Assembly: GCA_963791045.1 (NCBI GenBank)
Contig: CAWBQK010000003.1
Location: 32,001-96,000, forward strand
DNA: 64,000 nucleotides
Origin: Candidatus Latescibacterota bacterium
GTDB lineage: Bacteria; Krumholzibacteriota; Krumholzibacteriia; WVZY01
Reading direction: 5' to 3'
In this document: piece after piece, positions 1 to 9,701 of the stretch
How positions within the stretch are numbered: the first letter of the stretch is position 1
Layout: every line of letters begins with the position of its first letter
Made by a program: the position numbers and the translations under genes
The notes under the pieces: generated by a model
Databases searched by the model: none
Told to the model about the DNA's origin: nothing
Seen by the model: the letters and a program-made list of their open reading frames with translations, nothing else

Positions 1-1
1 G

Positions 2-847
2 GATATTCACCATTTCGATAAGTGTTCTCCCGGCCCCGGGAGGCGGCATGGTAAAAAATCGGGCCGAGTTGAAACTGCCGGTCAACGGCCGGCGTTCGAT
101 CGGCCAGGGGATTTGAGCGAGGTCGTCTTTACGCAAGAGCCCGCCGTTCCGAACCATGTCGCGGTGGATCGCCGCGGCGATTCCGCCGGTGTAGAAATCT
201 TCCACGCCCCGCCGCGCCAGTCTCTTGAGCGTCTCCGCGAGAATCGGTTGCGACAAACGATGACCGACGGGTGGAGATTTCCCCCCCTCGGTTAGAAAAA
301 AATTGGCTGCGTTGGTTTTAATCAAATGTCTGCGTTCTCTTCTTGTAAGCGCCCGCTGCAGCGGAGTGACTTTGTGCCCGGTTTCCGCCAGAGCGATGAC
401 GGGGTCGAGAATCTGTTTGAGTGTCAGCGTGCCGTATGTTCGGAGGGCGTAGTCCAATACCGCCGGCGTGCTGGGTACCGTTGCCGCTTTATAACCTCTG
501 CGAACGTCCGCTGGGGAAAGAGAGTTGGGAACGGCGCGATACGGCGCGCGCGACGATCCGTCGAGCGCAACCTTTTTTCGCGTTTCGGCGAAATGAACCA
601 GCATCATTGTCTGACCGCCCAGCCCGCTTGCCGCCGGTTCGCAGACACCGAGGGCGAATGCGGCCGCGACGGCGGCGTCGATGGCATTGCCACCCTCCTC
701 CAGGGTGCGAACTCCTATTTCGGTCGCCTCGTGATGAGCCGTGGACACCATGCCGTTCGTGGAGACCGCAGCCCGCTGCAGGCTCCTCCATGGAAGCTGA
801 GTCGGGCTTATCTTGATCGGGCCTGTCCCTGTCTTTTTTGAGTCCAC
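2..847 (-). CDS. ggt: Gamma-glutamyltransferase family protein (3' end runs off the window)
   Basis: Not in the ORF track because it is truncated. Manual minus-strand translation from GTG at 847 gives ...NGMVSTAHHEATEIGVRTLEEGGNAIDAAVAAAFALGVCEPAASGLGGQTMML...ATVPSTPA...FYTGGIA...MPPPGAG, which are classic GGT motifs. The start lies 1 nt after the upstream gene's stop. No signal peptide seen. Confidence 0.9.
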   Translation of the reverse strand, partial: MDSKKTGTGPIKISPTQLPWRSLQRAAVSTNGMVSTAHHEATEIGVRTLEEGGNAIDAAVAAAFALGVCEPAASGLGGQTMMLVHFAETRKKVALDGSSRAPYRAVPNSLSPADVRRGYKAATVPSTPAVLDYALRTYGTLTLKQILDPVIALAETGHKVTPLQRALTRRERRHLIKTNAANFFLTEGGKSPPVGHRLSQPILAETLKRLARRGVEDFYTGGIAAAIHRDMVRNGGLLRKDDLAQIPWPIERRPLTGSFNSARFFTMPPPGAGRTLIEMVNI

Positions 848-848
848 G

Positions 849-2999
849 TTATTGACCTTCGTGTTGGAGAAGGAACTGCGCGAGGACTATTGTCCTCTGA
901 ATGAGTCCGATTCGCTGTATCGCTTCCTGCGGTGTATACAGAGACCTCGAGTGCGGTCCCATCCCGCAGACAACGGCTGTCTTGCCCGTGACAAGCCCAC
1001 CCACGGAGGGCCAGAGTGATGAGCCGCTCTTAAGTTCAATTTCCAATTCCGCGGCCGTATTCGTCAACGCACTGGCGAGACGTTTGTTGGCTACGCGATC
1101 CTTCATCGGGGGACGGCTGGCAATGAGTTCAAGTTTCCATCGGAACGACGATTTTCCCAGGGTGTTTCGAATGCGGTTTTCGAGGTCGTCCGCTTTTGGA
1201 ATGTCGAGGAAGCTCATCAACAGTGTCGCCGACAACCGATGCGGGGTGCGCATTGGCCAGTTCTCGCTTTTTATGTCCACGGCGGCCACAGCGATCCGAT
1301 CCTTACGCGAAGAAAACTTTGAGATCGCCGCCAGTTTTTCGCCGAACCACAGAAGCATTTCTTTTTGTGGGTCAACCTGGCCGATGCGCCGCGGTGTTCC
1401 TTCGATGGTCAGTGCGTATTTCCTTTGTCCCCTGCGTTGGCGCGCGAGCTCGTCCTCGATCGTGCCGGGTCGGAGTACGATAACCCTTTTGGCCAGCGAG
1501 GAGGCTTTGCGAATAACGCTTTCGCTGTAGATGGCATCTCGCCCCTCATCGACATAAAAAAGGACGCCGATCCGCCGGTTCCGAAGATTCCTCTGGGCTC
1601 TAAGCGCCCGAAGGGCCATTTCGAGCATTACCAGCGGTGCCCGTGAACAGCCGATGCCTTCTCCGAACAACCATTCCGGGTCTCTCCTGAATGCTTCGGA
1701 CGCCGCGTCGACCGGCCTCGGAATGTCGAGATGAACGATGAGCAGCGTCCCGTCCTTGACACCCTTCTTGGTTTGCCATGTCCACGCCGAATGTTCGTTA
1801 CACAACTCCTCGGCTTTTTGCAGGTTCAACTGTCGGAGGATCGACTCGAAACGTGAGCGCGCCTCGCGCAGACCAACGGGATCAGATGTTCGGCTTCGTA
1901 ACTGAACCCACTCACGGAGCTTCTTCTCCATCGTGTCGCGCTGCTGCGTCAGATAAGAGAAAGTGTGTTTTTCCGGATCGTCGGCGTTTTGGGTGATGTG
2001 AGGTGGATGAGGTACTCCGAAGTAGCGCGCACTTGCTACCTCGACGAGGCGGTTGATTAGTTTGACATAGTCGAGCCCCATGGATTCCGCGGCGTGAGTG
2101 TATGAGCCGTGTTCGCCCAGACTGGGAAGGCTATTGACCTCGAGAACGAAAAACTCGCCCTTGCCGTTCATGCGCATGTCGACGCGGGCGCAGTCATAAC
2201 ACCCAAGAGCGTTGAACGCCGCCAACGCGATGTCCTGGGCACGAGCCGTCTGCTTGCCGCTGAGCTTCGCCGGGCACTCGACAGTGATCGACCGGCCCGA
2301 TTTTCCAGTCTTGTCTTCATAACTGTATATTTTGGGCCCCGACCGGCCGAACTTCACTTCGGCGGGTGGTAACGCTTCCGGAGGGTTGTTGCCGAGTAAT
2401 CCGACGTTAATTTCGCGTCCGGCGATGTAACTCTCTACAAGCACGGGCTGTGAGAATTTTGCAAAAATGACCTCGGCGGCTTCTCTGAGTTCGTCAACAT
2501 TCTTGGCCACCTTTATTCCAAACGATACGGATTCACTCTGTGGTTTTACAATCACGGGATATGGGAGTGGGGGCGGTTCGAAGTCCCGGTCCCGCAGCAC
2601 GGCGAAGTTGGCTGTCGGGATGCCTTGCTGGCGAAAAATCATTTTTGAAACGACTTTGTCCAGCGCGAGGGAATGTGCGAGGGGCCCCGATCCGACATAA
2701 GGAATTCCGACCATCTCGAGTATGCCGGGAACGTGTGTGTACCGGGCCTGGCCCTGTATTCCATAAGAAAGGTTGAAGACCATCCCCGGGGTCTCGCCCT
2801 TCAGAACTCGGGGCATGAACTCCTCAAGTCTTTCGACGAGTTCTTTATCTCCTTCGAACGCCACGGCATTGTGGCCGCCCGTTTTCAACGCGTCGACGAT
2901 TCGGCGGATGGTCTTGAGACCAATCTTTTCCTGGTTGGACATCCCGAAGAGATTGATGACGTTTTTGCTGGCCCGGTTGTATACGACTGCGATTTTCAC
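849..2999 (-). CDS. ATP-grasp ligase (D-Ala-D-Ala ligase-like) fused to a C-terminal M20 peptidase-like domain
   Basis: The N-terminal ~325 aa carry Ddl-like motifs (VFNLSYGIQG, PYVGSG, LALDK, PVIVKP..ESVSFGI, GREINVG, ARVDMR, LEVNSLP). The C-terminal ~370 aa follow an M20/glutamate carboxypeptidase layout (LLIVHLD, GEGIG, DEG, RRG..Y.L..EG, GMGP...YTPQE). Confidence 0.85.
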   Translation of the reverse strand: MKIAVVYNRASKNVINLFGMSNQEKIGLKTIRRIVDALKTGGHNAVAFEGDKELVERLEEFMPRVLKGETPGMVFNLSYGIQGQARYTHVPGILEMVGIPYVGSGPLAHSLALDKVVSKMIFRQQGIPTANFAVLRDRDFEPPPLPYPVIVKPQSESVSFGIKVAKNVDELREAAEVIFAKFSQPVLVESYIAGREINVGLLGNNPPEALPPAEVKFGRSGPKIYSYEDKTGKSGRSITVECPAKLSGKQTARAQDIALAAFNALGCYDCARVDMRMNGKGEFFVLEVNSLPSLGEHGSYTHAAESMGLDYVKLINRLVEVASARYFGVPHPPHITQNADDPEKHTFSYLTQQRDTMEKKLREWVQLRSRTSDPVGLREARSRFESILRQLNLQKAEELCNEHSAWTWQTKKGVKDGTLLIVHLDIPRPVDAASEAFRRDPEWLFGEGIGCSRAPLVMLEMALRALRAQRNLRNRRIGVLFYVDEGRDAIYSESVIRKASSLAKRVIVLRPGTIEDELARQRRGQRKYALTIEGTPRRIGQVDPQKEMLLWFGEKLAAISKFSSRKDRIAVAAVDIKSENWPMRTPHRLSATLLMSFLDIPKADDLENRIRNTLGKSSFRWKLELIASRPPMKDRVANKRLASALTNTAAELEIELKSGSSLWPSVGGLVTGKTAVVCGMGPHSRSLYTPQEAIQRIGLIQRTIVLAQFLLQHEGQ

Positions 3000-3060
3000 G
3001 TGTTAATCCTTGAATGTTAGGACCTTTGATTCGAATAAAACAATTTCGGTGGAAACTCGT

Positions 3061-4944
3061 TTATTTCACACCGTGATGCTCGCACCAGATGCCGAGAGCG
3101 AGTAGCGCCCATAGTGTGCCCTCAAACGTTCCTCGGAAATACTCAGGCGAATTACCGAGCCAGCCTTCGACGCCGGGGAGGACGCGTCGAACCGCGTCCG
3201 AACCCAGCACCCTGCCACGCACAGTGTCCCCGTGCAGCCTCAGGAGCTCGGGGAGATTTCCAAATGGAAACGCGCGTTTGCGCTGTTTGATAATGCCTTC
3301 GGGCAAGTGGTCACGGCTCCACCAGCGGAGTATCAGCTTGGTGTTGGCGCGCCCGGGAAGGCGGCTCACACGCATCGACGGCGGCAGTGAGAGGACGAAG
3401 TCCACCAGATCACGGTCGAGAAACGGCATACGCAGTTCGGCGGACGAATCCATCGCCGTCGCGTCCGCGAACGACAAAATGTTTTCCGACAGAAAAGTGT
3501 GCAGCATGACCTCCTGCATCCTGTCGAGATCGGCCGCTTCGGTCAGGCACTTCTCGTAGAGTCGGTCTATCGTGCCGAGATAGCGATTGTCGGCGACGGG
3601 GCGCCTCCCGAACAGCTGGTCGAGATCGTCGAGGGGAAGAGGGCGGTGGATGATATACCGCGCCGCTTCGGGCGTTCGTGCGGCCGGAACGTTCAGCAAG
3701 TTGCGGCGGCGAACATCGACAGGCTCGGCGCCGTAAAGGAACCGATCGAGAACCTTAGCCGTCAAAGCGCCGGGAATGCGGGCAAGCGCGCGCACTACCG
3801 CGAGGCGAAAACGGTCCTGGCTCAATCGATACCCGCCCAGAACTTCGTCTCCGCCATGCCCGCAAAGAAAAACAGTCGCCTGCTCGCGCGCGTTTCTTAT
3901 AAGAAGCCATGTCGCAAGCGCCGCGCCGTCACCGACCGGTTCGGTAAGCGACGCAAATGCGGGAATCATTTTTTCCACACGGTCGGCCGGCGTTACCAGG
4001 AGATCCATCGCCGCCGAACCGTCTCCGTCACCCCCGGCTGTGTCCGCCGGGGCGAGCCCCGACGCCGATGATGTCAGCGTGAATGTAAACGAACGCACAT
4101 CTTCGTTTTGCCGGGTGAGCGCCGCTCGGATGCTGTTGCTGTCGATTCCATCGCTCAGGAGAAGCGCCACGGGAACATCGCTGACGAGACACCGCCGCGA
4201 CGCCTGCGCGAGAAGCGCATCGAACTCTTCGACGGCATCGTCCTGCTTTCTCTTTGGTGAAATCGGTTTGAAGTGCGGCGCGTACCATCTGTCGATTCGC
4301 ACACCGTCGGCGTCGGCAGTGAGATAATGGCCGCCGGGCAGTTTGTTGATCCCCGCCATCACCGTCCGCGGGCTCACCACGTAACGCAGCGTGACATACT
4401 CGGCCATGCTCTCGGGATCGAGTTCGCGCGGGACCCAAGGAACTTCGAGGAGCGCGGGGATACTCGATGCGAAGCTCAGCGCAGATGCGTCCTGGTGATA
4501 AAAGAGCGGTTTTTCTCCGAAGCGGTCGCGAACGAGCCAGAGCCGGCGGTCCTGTGTGTCGTACACGGCGAAGGCAAACTGCCCGACAAGGCGGTCGAGA
4601 GTCCCCGGGCCCCATCGCGCCCACGCGTTGAGCACGACTTCCGTGTCCGTCGACGAGTGAAGATCGCCGGGGCCGAGTTCGAGTTCGCGCGACACGTCTT
4701 TGTAATTGTATATCTCGCCGTTGAAGCTAATCAGATACCGACCGTCGGAGCTTCGCATAGGCTGATGCCCGGCGTCGCTCAAGTCGAGGATCGCGAGCCG
4801 CCGGTTGCCCAAGGTAAGCAGGCCTTCGCTTTCGATGCCCTGGTCGTCGGGACCACGCCGCTCGATCTTCGCCGTCATCGCCCTGACGGCGCCGCGGTCG
4901 TCGGGACCGGCCTTGAATCTGAGTATGCCCGCGATTCCACACAT
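3061..4944 (-). CDS. asnB: Asparagine synthase (glutamine-hydrolysing) family amidotransferase, probably glycan-modifying
   Basis: N-terminal MCGIAG (Ntn Cys), RRGPDD, RRLAILDL, FNGEIYNY, RDRFGEKPL, ELRMPFLD. Located among glycosyltransferases. Confidence 0.9.
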   Translation of the reverse strand: MCGIAGILRFKAGPDDRGAVRAMTAKIERRGPDDQGIESEGLLTLGNRRLAILDLSDAGHQPMRSSDGRYLISFNGEIYNYKDVSRELELGPGDLHSSTDTEVVLNAWARWGPGTLDRLVGQFAFAVYDTQDRRLWLVRDRFGEKPLFYHQDASALSFASSIPALLEVPWVPRELDPESMAEYVTLRYVVSPRTVMAGINKLPGGHYLTADADGVRIDRWYAPHFKPISPKRKQDDAVEEFDALLAQASRRCLVSDVPVALLLSDGIDSNSIRAALTRQNEDVRSFTFTLTSSASGLAPADTAGGDGDGSAAMDLLVTPADRVEKMIPAFASLTEPVGDGAALATWLLIRNAREQATVFLCGHGGDEVLGGYRLSQDRFRLAVVRALARIPGALTAKVLDRFLYGAEPVDVRRRNLLNVPAARTPEAARYIIHRPLPLDDLDQLFGRRPVADNRYLGTIDRLYEKCLTEAADLDRMQEVMLHTFLSENILSFADATAMDSSAELRMPFLDRDLVDFVLSLPPSMRVSRLPGRANTKLILRWWSRDHLPEGIIKQRKRAFPFGNLPELLRLHGDTVRGRVLGSDAVRRVLPGVEGWLGNSPEYFRGTFEGTLWALLALGIWCEHHGVK

Positions 4945-5084
4945 GATGCGGGAGCATATCACAATTGGGCCGGTCTTGGAATCAGGGTACGCGGGGGCGC
5001 GCCTCCACGTAAACCGCTTGCCACGCGAGGCGCTTTTCCGTAACGTCTACGGCGTTGCGGCCCGTGCCGGCCGCCGGAGAAATT

Positions 5085-6104
5085 ATGCCCACGAACCGCC
5101 AACCTATCGATTACGGTGTCCTGGTCCCCAGTGTCGGGGTCTTTGGCGGCGTGCGCCGGTTCATCGAGATCGGCAATGAACTCATCCGGCGCGGTCACCG
5201 CTACACACTCTACAGTCCCACTGGGGAAGCCCCCGCGTGGCTCGCGTTCGCTGGTGAGGCAAAGCCGCTGACGGCCCTGGGGGAAGCCCGTCACCAGGTC
5301 CTCATCTGCAACGATCCCTATGTTGTCGGTGATTTCGAAAAAGCCTGCGCCGATCTCAAGCTATTCTACTTCGCGCTTGAGAACATCAAGGATGAAAGGC
5401 GGGTCGCCCGTCATCCCGATTGGACGATCCTCGCCAACTCGTCGGGGCTGTGCCGGTACCTGCTGCTGAGGCACGGGGTCCGGGCGGAAAAGGTAATTGG
5501 GGGAATCAACCTCGAGACGTTCAATCCCAGGCCCTCCGCTGAGCCTCGCGACGATCACTTCCGTGTCCTCGTATTCGGCCGTCTGTCGAGAAAGAAAAAA
5601 GGAGTTCCCATCGTAGTAAAAGCCGTCGAGTCGCTCGCGCGTTCGGCGGGTGACAGGCCGATAAAGCTCGTTCTCTTCGATCACCTCGGGGAGGGGAACA
5701 CCGCCGATCCGCGCGAGGATTTCCGTTCCTCGATCCCGTTCGAGTTTCATTTGAACCTCTCGCAGGCGGAACTCGCCGCTTTGTACTCGAGCTGCGATCT
5801 TTTTGTCAGCGCGGAGAAACGGGCCGGTTGGGCCAACACGGTGGCCGAGTCGATGGCCTGTGGCGTGCCGGTTGTGTGTACGCGGTCGGGAACCAAAGAC
5901 CTTGCCGTCCATCGCGAGACGGCGTGGGTCGCGTGGCGACTCGACTATTTTATCCGCCGGGGCGTCAACACGCTTTACACCGATCCGGCGCTCGCACAAA
6001 AACTTCGAACCACCGCGCTCGAACGAATCGAGCGGTTCTCGTGGCCGCGCGTCGTCGACCAGCTCGAAGATGTTGTGGGAAGAAAGCTCGGCACCACGAA
6101 GTGA
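5085..6104 (+). CDS. Glycosyltransferase family 4
   Basis: FGGVRR at the N-terminus and CDLFVSAEKRAGWANTVAESMACGVPVV (GT4 EX7E region). GGAGA RBS before ATG 5085. Confidence 0.85.
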   Translation: MPTNRQPIDYGVLVPSVGVFGGVRRFIEIGNELIRRGHRYTLYSPTGEAPAWLAFAGEAKPLTALGEARHQVLICNDPYVVGDFEKACADLKLFYFALENIKDERRVARHPDWTILANSSGLCRYLLLRHGVRAEKVIGGINLETFNPRPSAEPRDDHFRVLVFGRLSRKKKGVPIVVKAVESLARSAGDRPIKLVLFDHLGEGNTADPREDFRSSIPFEFHLNLSQAELAALYSSCDLFVSAEKRAGWANTVAESMACGVPVVCTRSGTKDLAVHRETAWVAWRLDYFIRRGVNTLYTDPALAQKLRTTALERIERFSWPRVVDQLEDVVGRKLGTTK

Positions 6105-6121
6105 AGCAAACCCGGCGAAGC

Positions 6122-6919
6122 CTAATCCTTGACAATCCCGAATGATGTTCTCGTCTCCGTGCTCGATCGAAACTCATCGACAAAATTATCGTCGTGCGGG
6201 ATGGGTTCCGATGAGTGATGCAGGTGATACTGTATCGCTTCGCGTGTGATCGTACGAACGGCGATCCCGCTGTTGACGAATCGTCTCCACAGATTGTTGT
6301 CCTCGAGTCCGCGTCCAATGATCCGCTCGTCATACCCGTTTACCCTGTAGAAATCATCTTTTTGGACGGAGAAATTACACCCGAGTATCTGGTAGTCGTC
6401 GCGCCCGAGATTGCGAAACGGATGGAGGATGGGAAGACAAAAGCCATTCCATCTGTCGATCTTGCCGGCATGCTTCCACCACCAGTGAATTCGTTCGACG
6501 CGTCGAGATTTGACGTCGTCGACACTCACGCGATCGGTCAATTCCTTGTCGAACATCACGCGCCGTCCCGAGAGAACCTGGTTGGGCCTCCGGCGTTTGT
6601 GGTGGCGCTCGAGAAAGCGGTTGTGGAGGATGCAGTCGCCGTCGATAAAGACGAGGTAATCGGTGTTTGCCCGTGTGACGGCTTTGTTGACGACAATCGT
6701 TTTGCGAAAACCGTCGTCTTCGTGCCACTCGTGCTGGATTGGATGCTGGAAGCGGTCGGCGTAACGGCCGATCGTCTCCGCGATCGCGGGGCCCGAACCG
6801 TCGTCGGCGACGATGATTTCAAAATCGCGAAACCGCTGGCTGAGAAGGCTTTCAAAAACAAGTTCGAGGAAATCATCGCGGTTGTAAACGGCGACGATGA
6901 GCGACAAACGGGGCGTCAT
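6122..6919 (-). CDS. Glycosyltransferase family 2
   Basis: SLIVAVYN, IIVADDGS, FIDGDC, VNGYDE...GLED. Confidence 0.9.
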   Translation of the reverse strand: MTPRLSLIVAVYNRDDFLELVFESLLSQRFRDFEIIVADDGSGPAIAETIGRYADRFQHPIQHEWHEDDGFRKTIVVNKAVTRANTDYLVFIDGDCILHNRFLERHHKRRRPNQVLSGRRVMFDKELTDRVSVDDVKSRRVERIHWWWKHAGKIDRWNGFCLPILHPFRNLGRDDYQILGCNFSVQKDDFYRVNGYDERIIGRGLEDNNLWRRFVNSGIAVRTITREAIQYHLHHSSEPIPHDDNFVDEFRSSTETRTSFGIVKD

Positions 6920-7713
6920 TTCTTTGCCCCCGCCCCGCCGTCCGTCGTGTCGCGGGGAAGCGAGTCGGTTGAGGTGCCCAGACCGAGCTCGTAGAGTTTG
7001 GAGTACTTTTCGAATACATAGACCGAGTGAAAGAAGGCGATGATGAACCCGGCCACACCGTCGAGGAACCCACGTTTCGAAAAGTATACCTTGAGAAATT
7101 CGAAAAATGGCGTGAATACGATGTGGCGCACTCCCGCACGCCGTCCCTCTCCGTACATTTGAGTTGCCGCGAGTGTTGTGAACTCGTTCATCTTTTCGAG
7201 ATGGTGGTCGATGTCACGAAAGGAATAGTGCAGGAGGTCGTTTTTGAGCCGACCGACAGTCCCCGTCAGTTCGACGGCTTCGTGAACCGTGTCTTCCGAG
7301 AACCTCCCCGCGTCACGGTGGAACAATCTAAGGATATATCCCGGGTACCACACGCCGTGCTTTATCCACCGGTTGAGGTACCACACCGGACGCGGCATCT
7401 CGTAGCCCGCGTTGGCAAAGTCCAACTCCTGTATCTCGCGGCATAGCTCGGGCGAGACGGCCTCGTCCGCGTCGATCGAAAAGACCCACTCGCAGGAGGT
7501 CTGCTTGAGCGCAAACTGCTTCTGCTTGCCGTAACCGGGCCACTCGTTTGTGATCACACGGGCGCCGCACTCGCGCGCGATTTCGATCGTCCGGTCTGTG
7601 CTGAGCGAATCGACGACGATCATCTCATCGGAAAACGGCGAGACGCTCTTCAAGCAGCGCTCGATATTGCTTTCCTCATTATAGGTGATGACGATCGTCG
7701 ATATTTTTGGCAT
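6916..7713 (-). CDS. Glycosyltransferase family 2 (WaaE/LgtF-like LPS beta-glucosyltransferase)
   Basis: ITYNEE, VVDSLSTDRT, WVFSIDADE, VHE, LLHYS, GFLDG. ATGA overlap with the downstream GT. Confidence 0.9.
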   Translation of the reverse strand: MPKISTIVITYNEESNIERCLKSVSPFSDEMIVVDSLSTDRTIEIARECGARVITNEWPGYGKQKQFALKQTSCEWVFSIDADEAVSPELCREIQELDFANAGYEMPRPVWYLNRWIKHGVWYPGYILRLFHRDAGRFSEDTVHEAVELTGTVGRLKNDLLHYSFRDIDHHLEKMNEFTTLAATQMYGEGRRAGVRHIVFTPFFEFLKVYFSKRGFLDGVAGFIIAFFHSVYVFEKYSKLYELGLGTSTDSLPRDTTDGGAGAKK

Positions 7714-8030
7714 CAGTGTCTCTTTGTGTTTCGGTGCGACGTGCCAGGATCATGGGTAGGATACATCAGTTAGCCCCCGGTGACAACACGACCGGGCCGG
7801 AAGTGGGCATTCCGCGGCGCTGTATGTGATTCAAATTCACTAACTTATTAATCAGGAATACGTTACTGGCTTTGTTGCTGTTTTTCGATATGAGGACGTG
7901 GCATAATACCGAAGCAACTCAGAAATGGTGCTAAGAAACCCAAGAGACCGGTGGGACCAATGCCGCGATTCCAGGCTGCCGCCTCACAGAAAATCATTGT
8001 TTGTTGGTTCTCTTTCGAAAGGTTTTGATC

Positions 8031-8468
8031 TTGAGATACATCCTTTGTTGTTTTCTGGTGATGTTTCTTGTGTTGGCGATCGGCTGCGCGGATCAAGATC
8101 CGCCCGCAGCGGACAGGTCGGAATCACCCCCCGCGGCGGACGAGTTGAAGGCTCAGGCCCCCGATCCACAAAAGATCGCCGGCCGGTGGCTCCGCCCCGA
8201 CGGTGGGTACATTCTCCAGATCAGCGACGTACAGGACGGCGGGGAATTGAAAGCCGCCTATTTCAACCCGAATCCGATAAACGTCGCCGAAAAAAAGTGG
8301 TCGATTAAAGGGTCAGAGCTGCACGTCTATGTCAAATTTGATGACCGCAATTATCCAGGGTCGTACTACCTCCTGATTTACAATCCAGAAGTCGACCGTC
8401 TTGTCGGCTCTTATTTTCAGGCGGTGCAAAAGCAAACCTTTAGTGTCGAGTTTGTCCGGCAGCAGTAG
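8031..8468 (+). CDS. Hypothetical lipoprotein
   Basis: Hydrophobic signal ending LAIG-C, then a soluble domain (GRWLRPDGGY, YFNP, YPGSYY). TTG start chosen from the GAAAGG RBS. Confidence 0.7.
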   Translation: MRYILCCFLVMFLVLAIGCADQDPPAADRSESPPAADELKAQAPDPQKIAGRWLRPDGGYILQISDVQDGGELKAAYFNPNPINVAEKKWSIKGSELHVYVKFDDRNYPGSYYLLIYNPEVDRLVGSYFQAVQKQTFSVEFVRQQ

Positions 8469-8500
8469 TCGAACACTGATAGTGTCGAAAGGGGAGCGAA

Positions 8501-9065
8501 ATGGAAGTCACAAACGCGCTTCTTGTGGCGATGATGTTTATCGTCCTTATTACAATGGGTGTCGGAAATATCATCATGGCGCTTGCGGCGATTATTGACA
8601 AGCGTACGACACTCAAGGTGGATCCGATTCACACCAGCTGGGTGGTCCTGCTGCTTCTTGTCCACTTCAATCTCTTCTGGCACGTGCTGGATATCTTGAC
8701 CATCGAAGAATGGAATTTTCTCGGGTTCCTGTATGTCGTGGCCGGTGCCGTGATTATTTTCTTTGCCACACACATCCTGCTGCCAGATGCCGCGAACGAG
8801 TCGACCGACGTGAGGGAGCACTATTTTGATTCCCCACACGCGGTTCTTTGGTTTGCTCGCCCTGCTGATGGCATGGAGTATTGGAGTGGATTTCTTGTTT
8901 GGCGACGGTTTGACCTCGGCGGGTATCGCGAACATCATCGGGTTTGTCTTCTTCGCGGGCCTGGCAATGTCCTCTCAACCGGCGGTACACCGGATCGGCG
9001 CGGGCGTGGGGTGGCTGTTCTTTGTAGCTCTAGTGGCCGCGAGAGGCGCGGGGATTATCGACTGA
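8501..9065 (+). CDS. Hypothetical membrane protein, one apparent frameshift near 8830
   Basis: Hydrophobic ORF 8501.. continues in the 8826..9065 frame (HTRFFGLLALLMAWSIG...). The junction sits at a TCCCC run. Confidence 0.65.
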
Positions 9066-9111
9066 GTCAGGATGTGAACGCGCGACAAACCCAAACCACA
9101 GATCTGGAATT

Positions 9112-9636
9112 ATGAAAATTGAATCAACACAGCAACCACCGCCGTCAAAAGGCCGCCTCATCTTCGGTGGTTTGATATTCGTCGCCGGGCAGCTGGTGCC
9201 GTTTACGGTTCCTCTTGTGACGCGCTCGGCGCTTCCCACCGTGTGGAAAACGATTCTATCGGCCGTCCTTTTGATCTCGCCCGAGCTTTTTATTCTTATG
9301 GCCGTGGCGGTGCTTGGTAAGTCGGGCTTCGATCATCTCGTTGGATTGTTCAAAAGCGCGTTCGGCCGCTTCTTCAAAGAACACGGACCGCCTGAGACGG
9401 TGAGCCGCGCGCGCTACCGTGTGGGCCTGGTCTTGTTCGCCGTTCCGATCGCCTTTGGGTGGGCGACGCCGTACCTCATCCACCACCTTCCGGGCTTCGA
9501 AGCACGGCCGTTTCTCTATGGAATCCCGGGAGATATTCTGCTCGTGGTGAGTCTGTTCGTTCTCGGAGGAGAGTTCTGGGACAAGCTGAGATCGTTATTC
9601 GTCCACGGGGCGCGAGCCCAATTCCCCAAGGGCTGA
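9112..9636 (+). CDS. Membrane protein resembling the 'transporter suffix domain' family
   Basis: Four hydrophobic segments, AVAVLGKSGF, and a C-terminal SLFVLGGEFWDKLRSLF motif. Confidence 0.65.
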   Translation: MKIESTQQPPPSKGRLIFGGLIFVAGQLVPFTVPLVTRSALPTVWKTILSAVLLISPELFILMAVAVLGKSGFDHLVGLFKSAFGRFFKEHGPPETVSRARYRVGLVLFAVPIAFGWATPYLIHHLPGFEARPFLYGIPGDILLVVSLFVLGGEFWDKLRSLFVHGARAQFPKG

Positions 9637-9701
9637 ACCGGTAGTCGTCACTTTAGGTGAGGCCTGCAACGTGCTGTGGTTATGTCAGATGCGAGGCCGA
9701 C

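Noticed and set aside
849-2999. Housekeeping D-Ala-D-Ala ligase (ddl)
   Set aside because: It lacks the GG.S.E N-terminal and HG..GEDG motifs, carries a large fusion, and is not in a cell-wall gene context.
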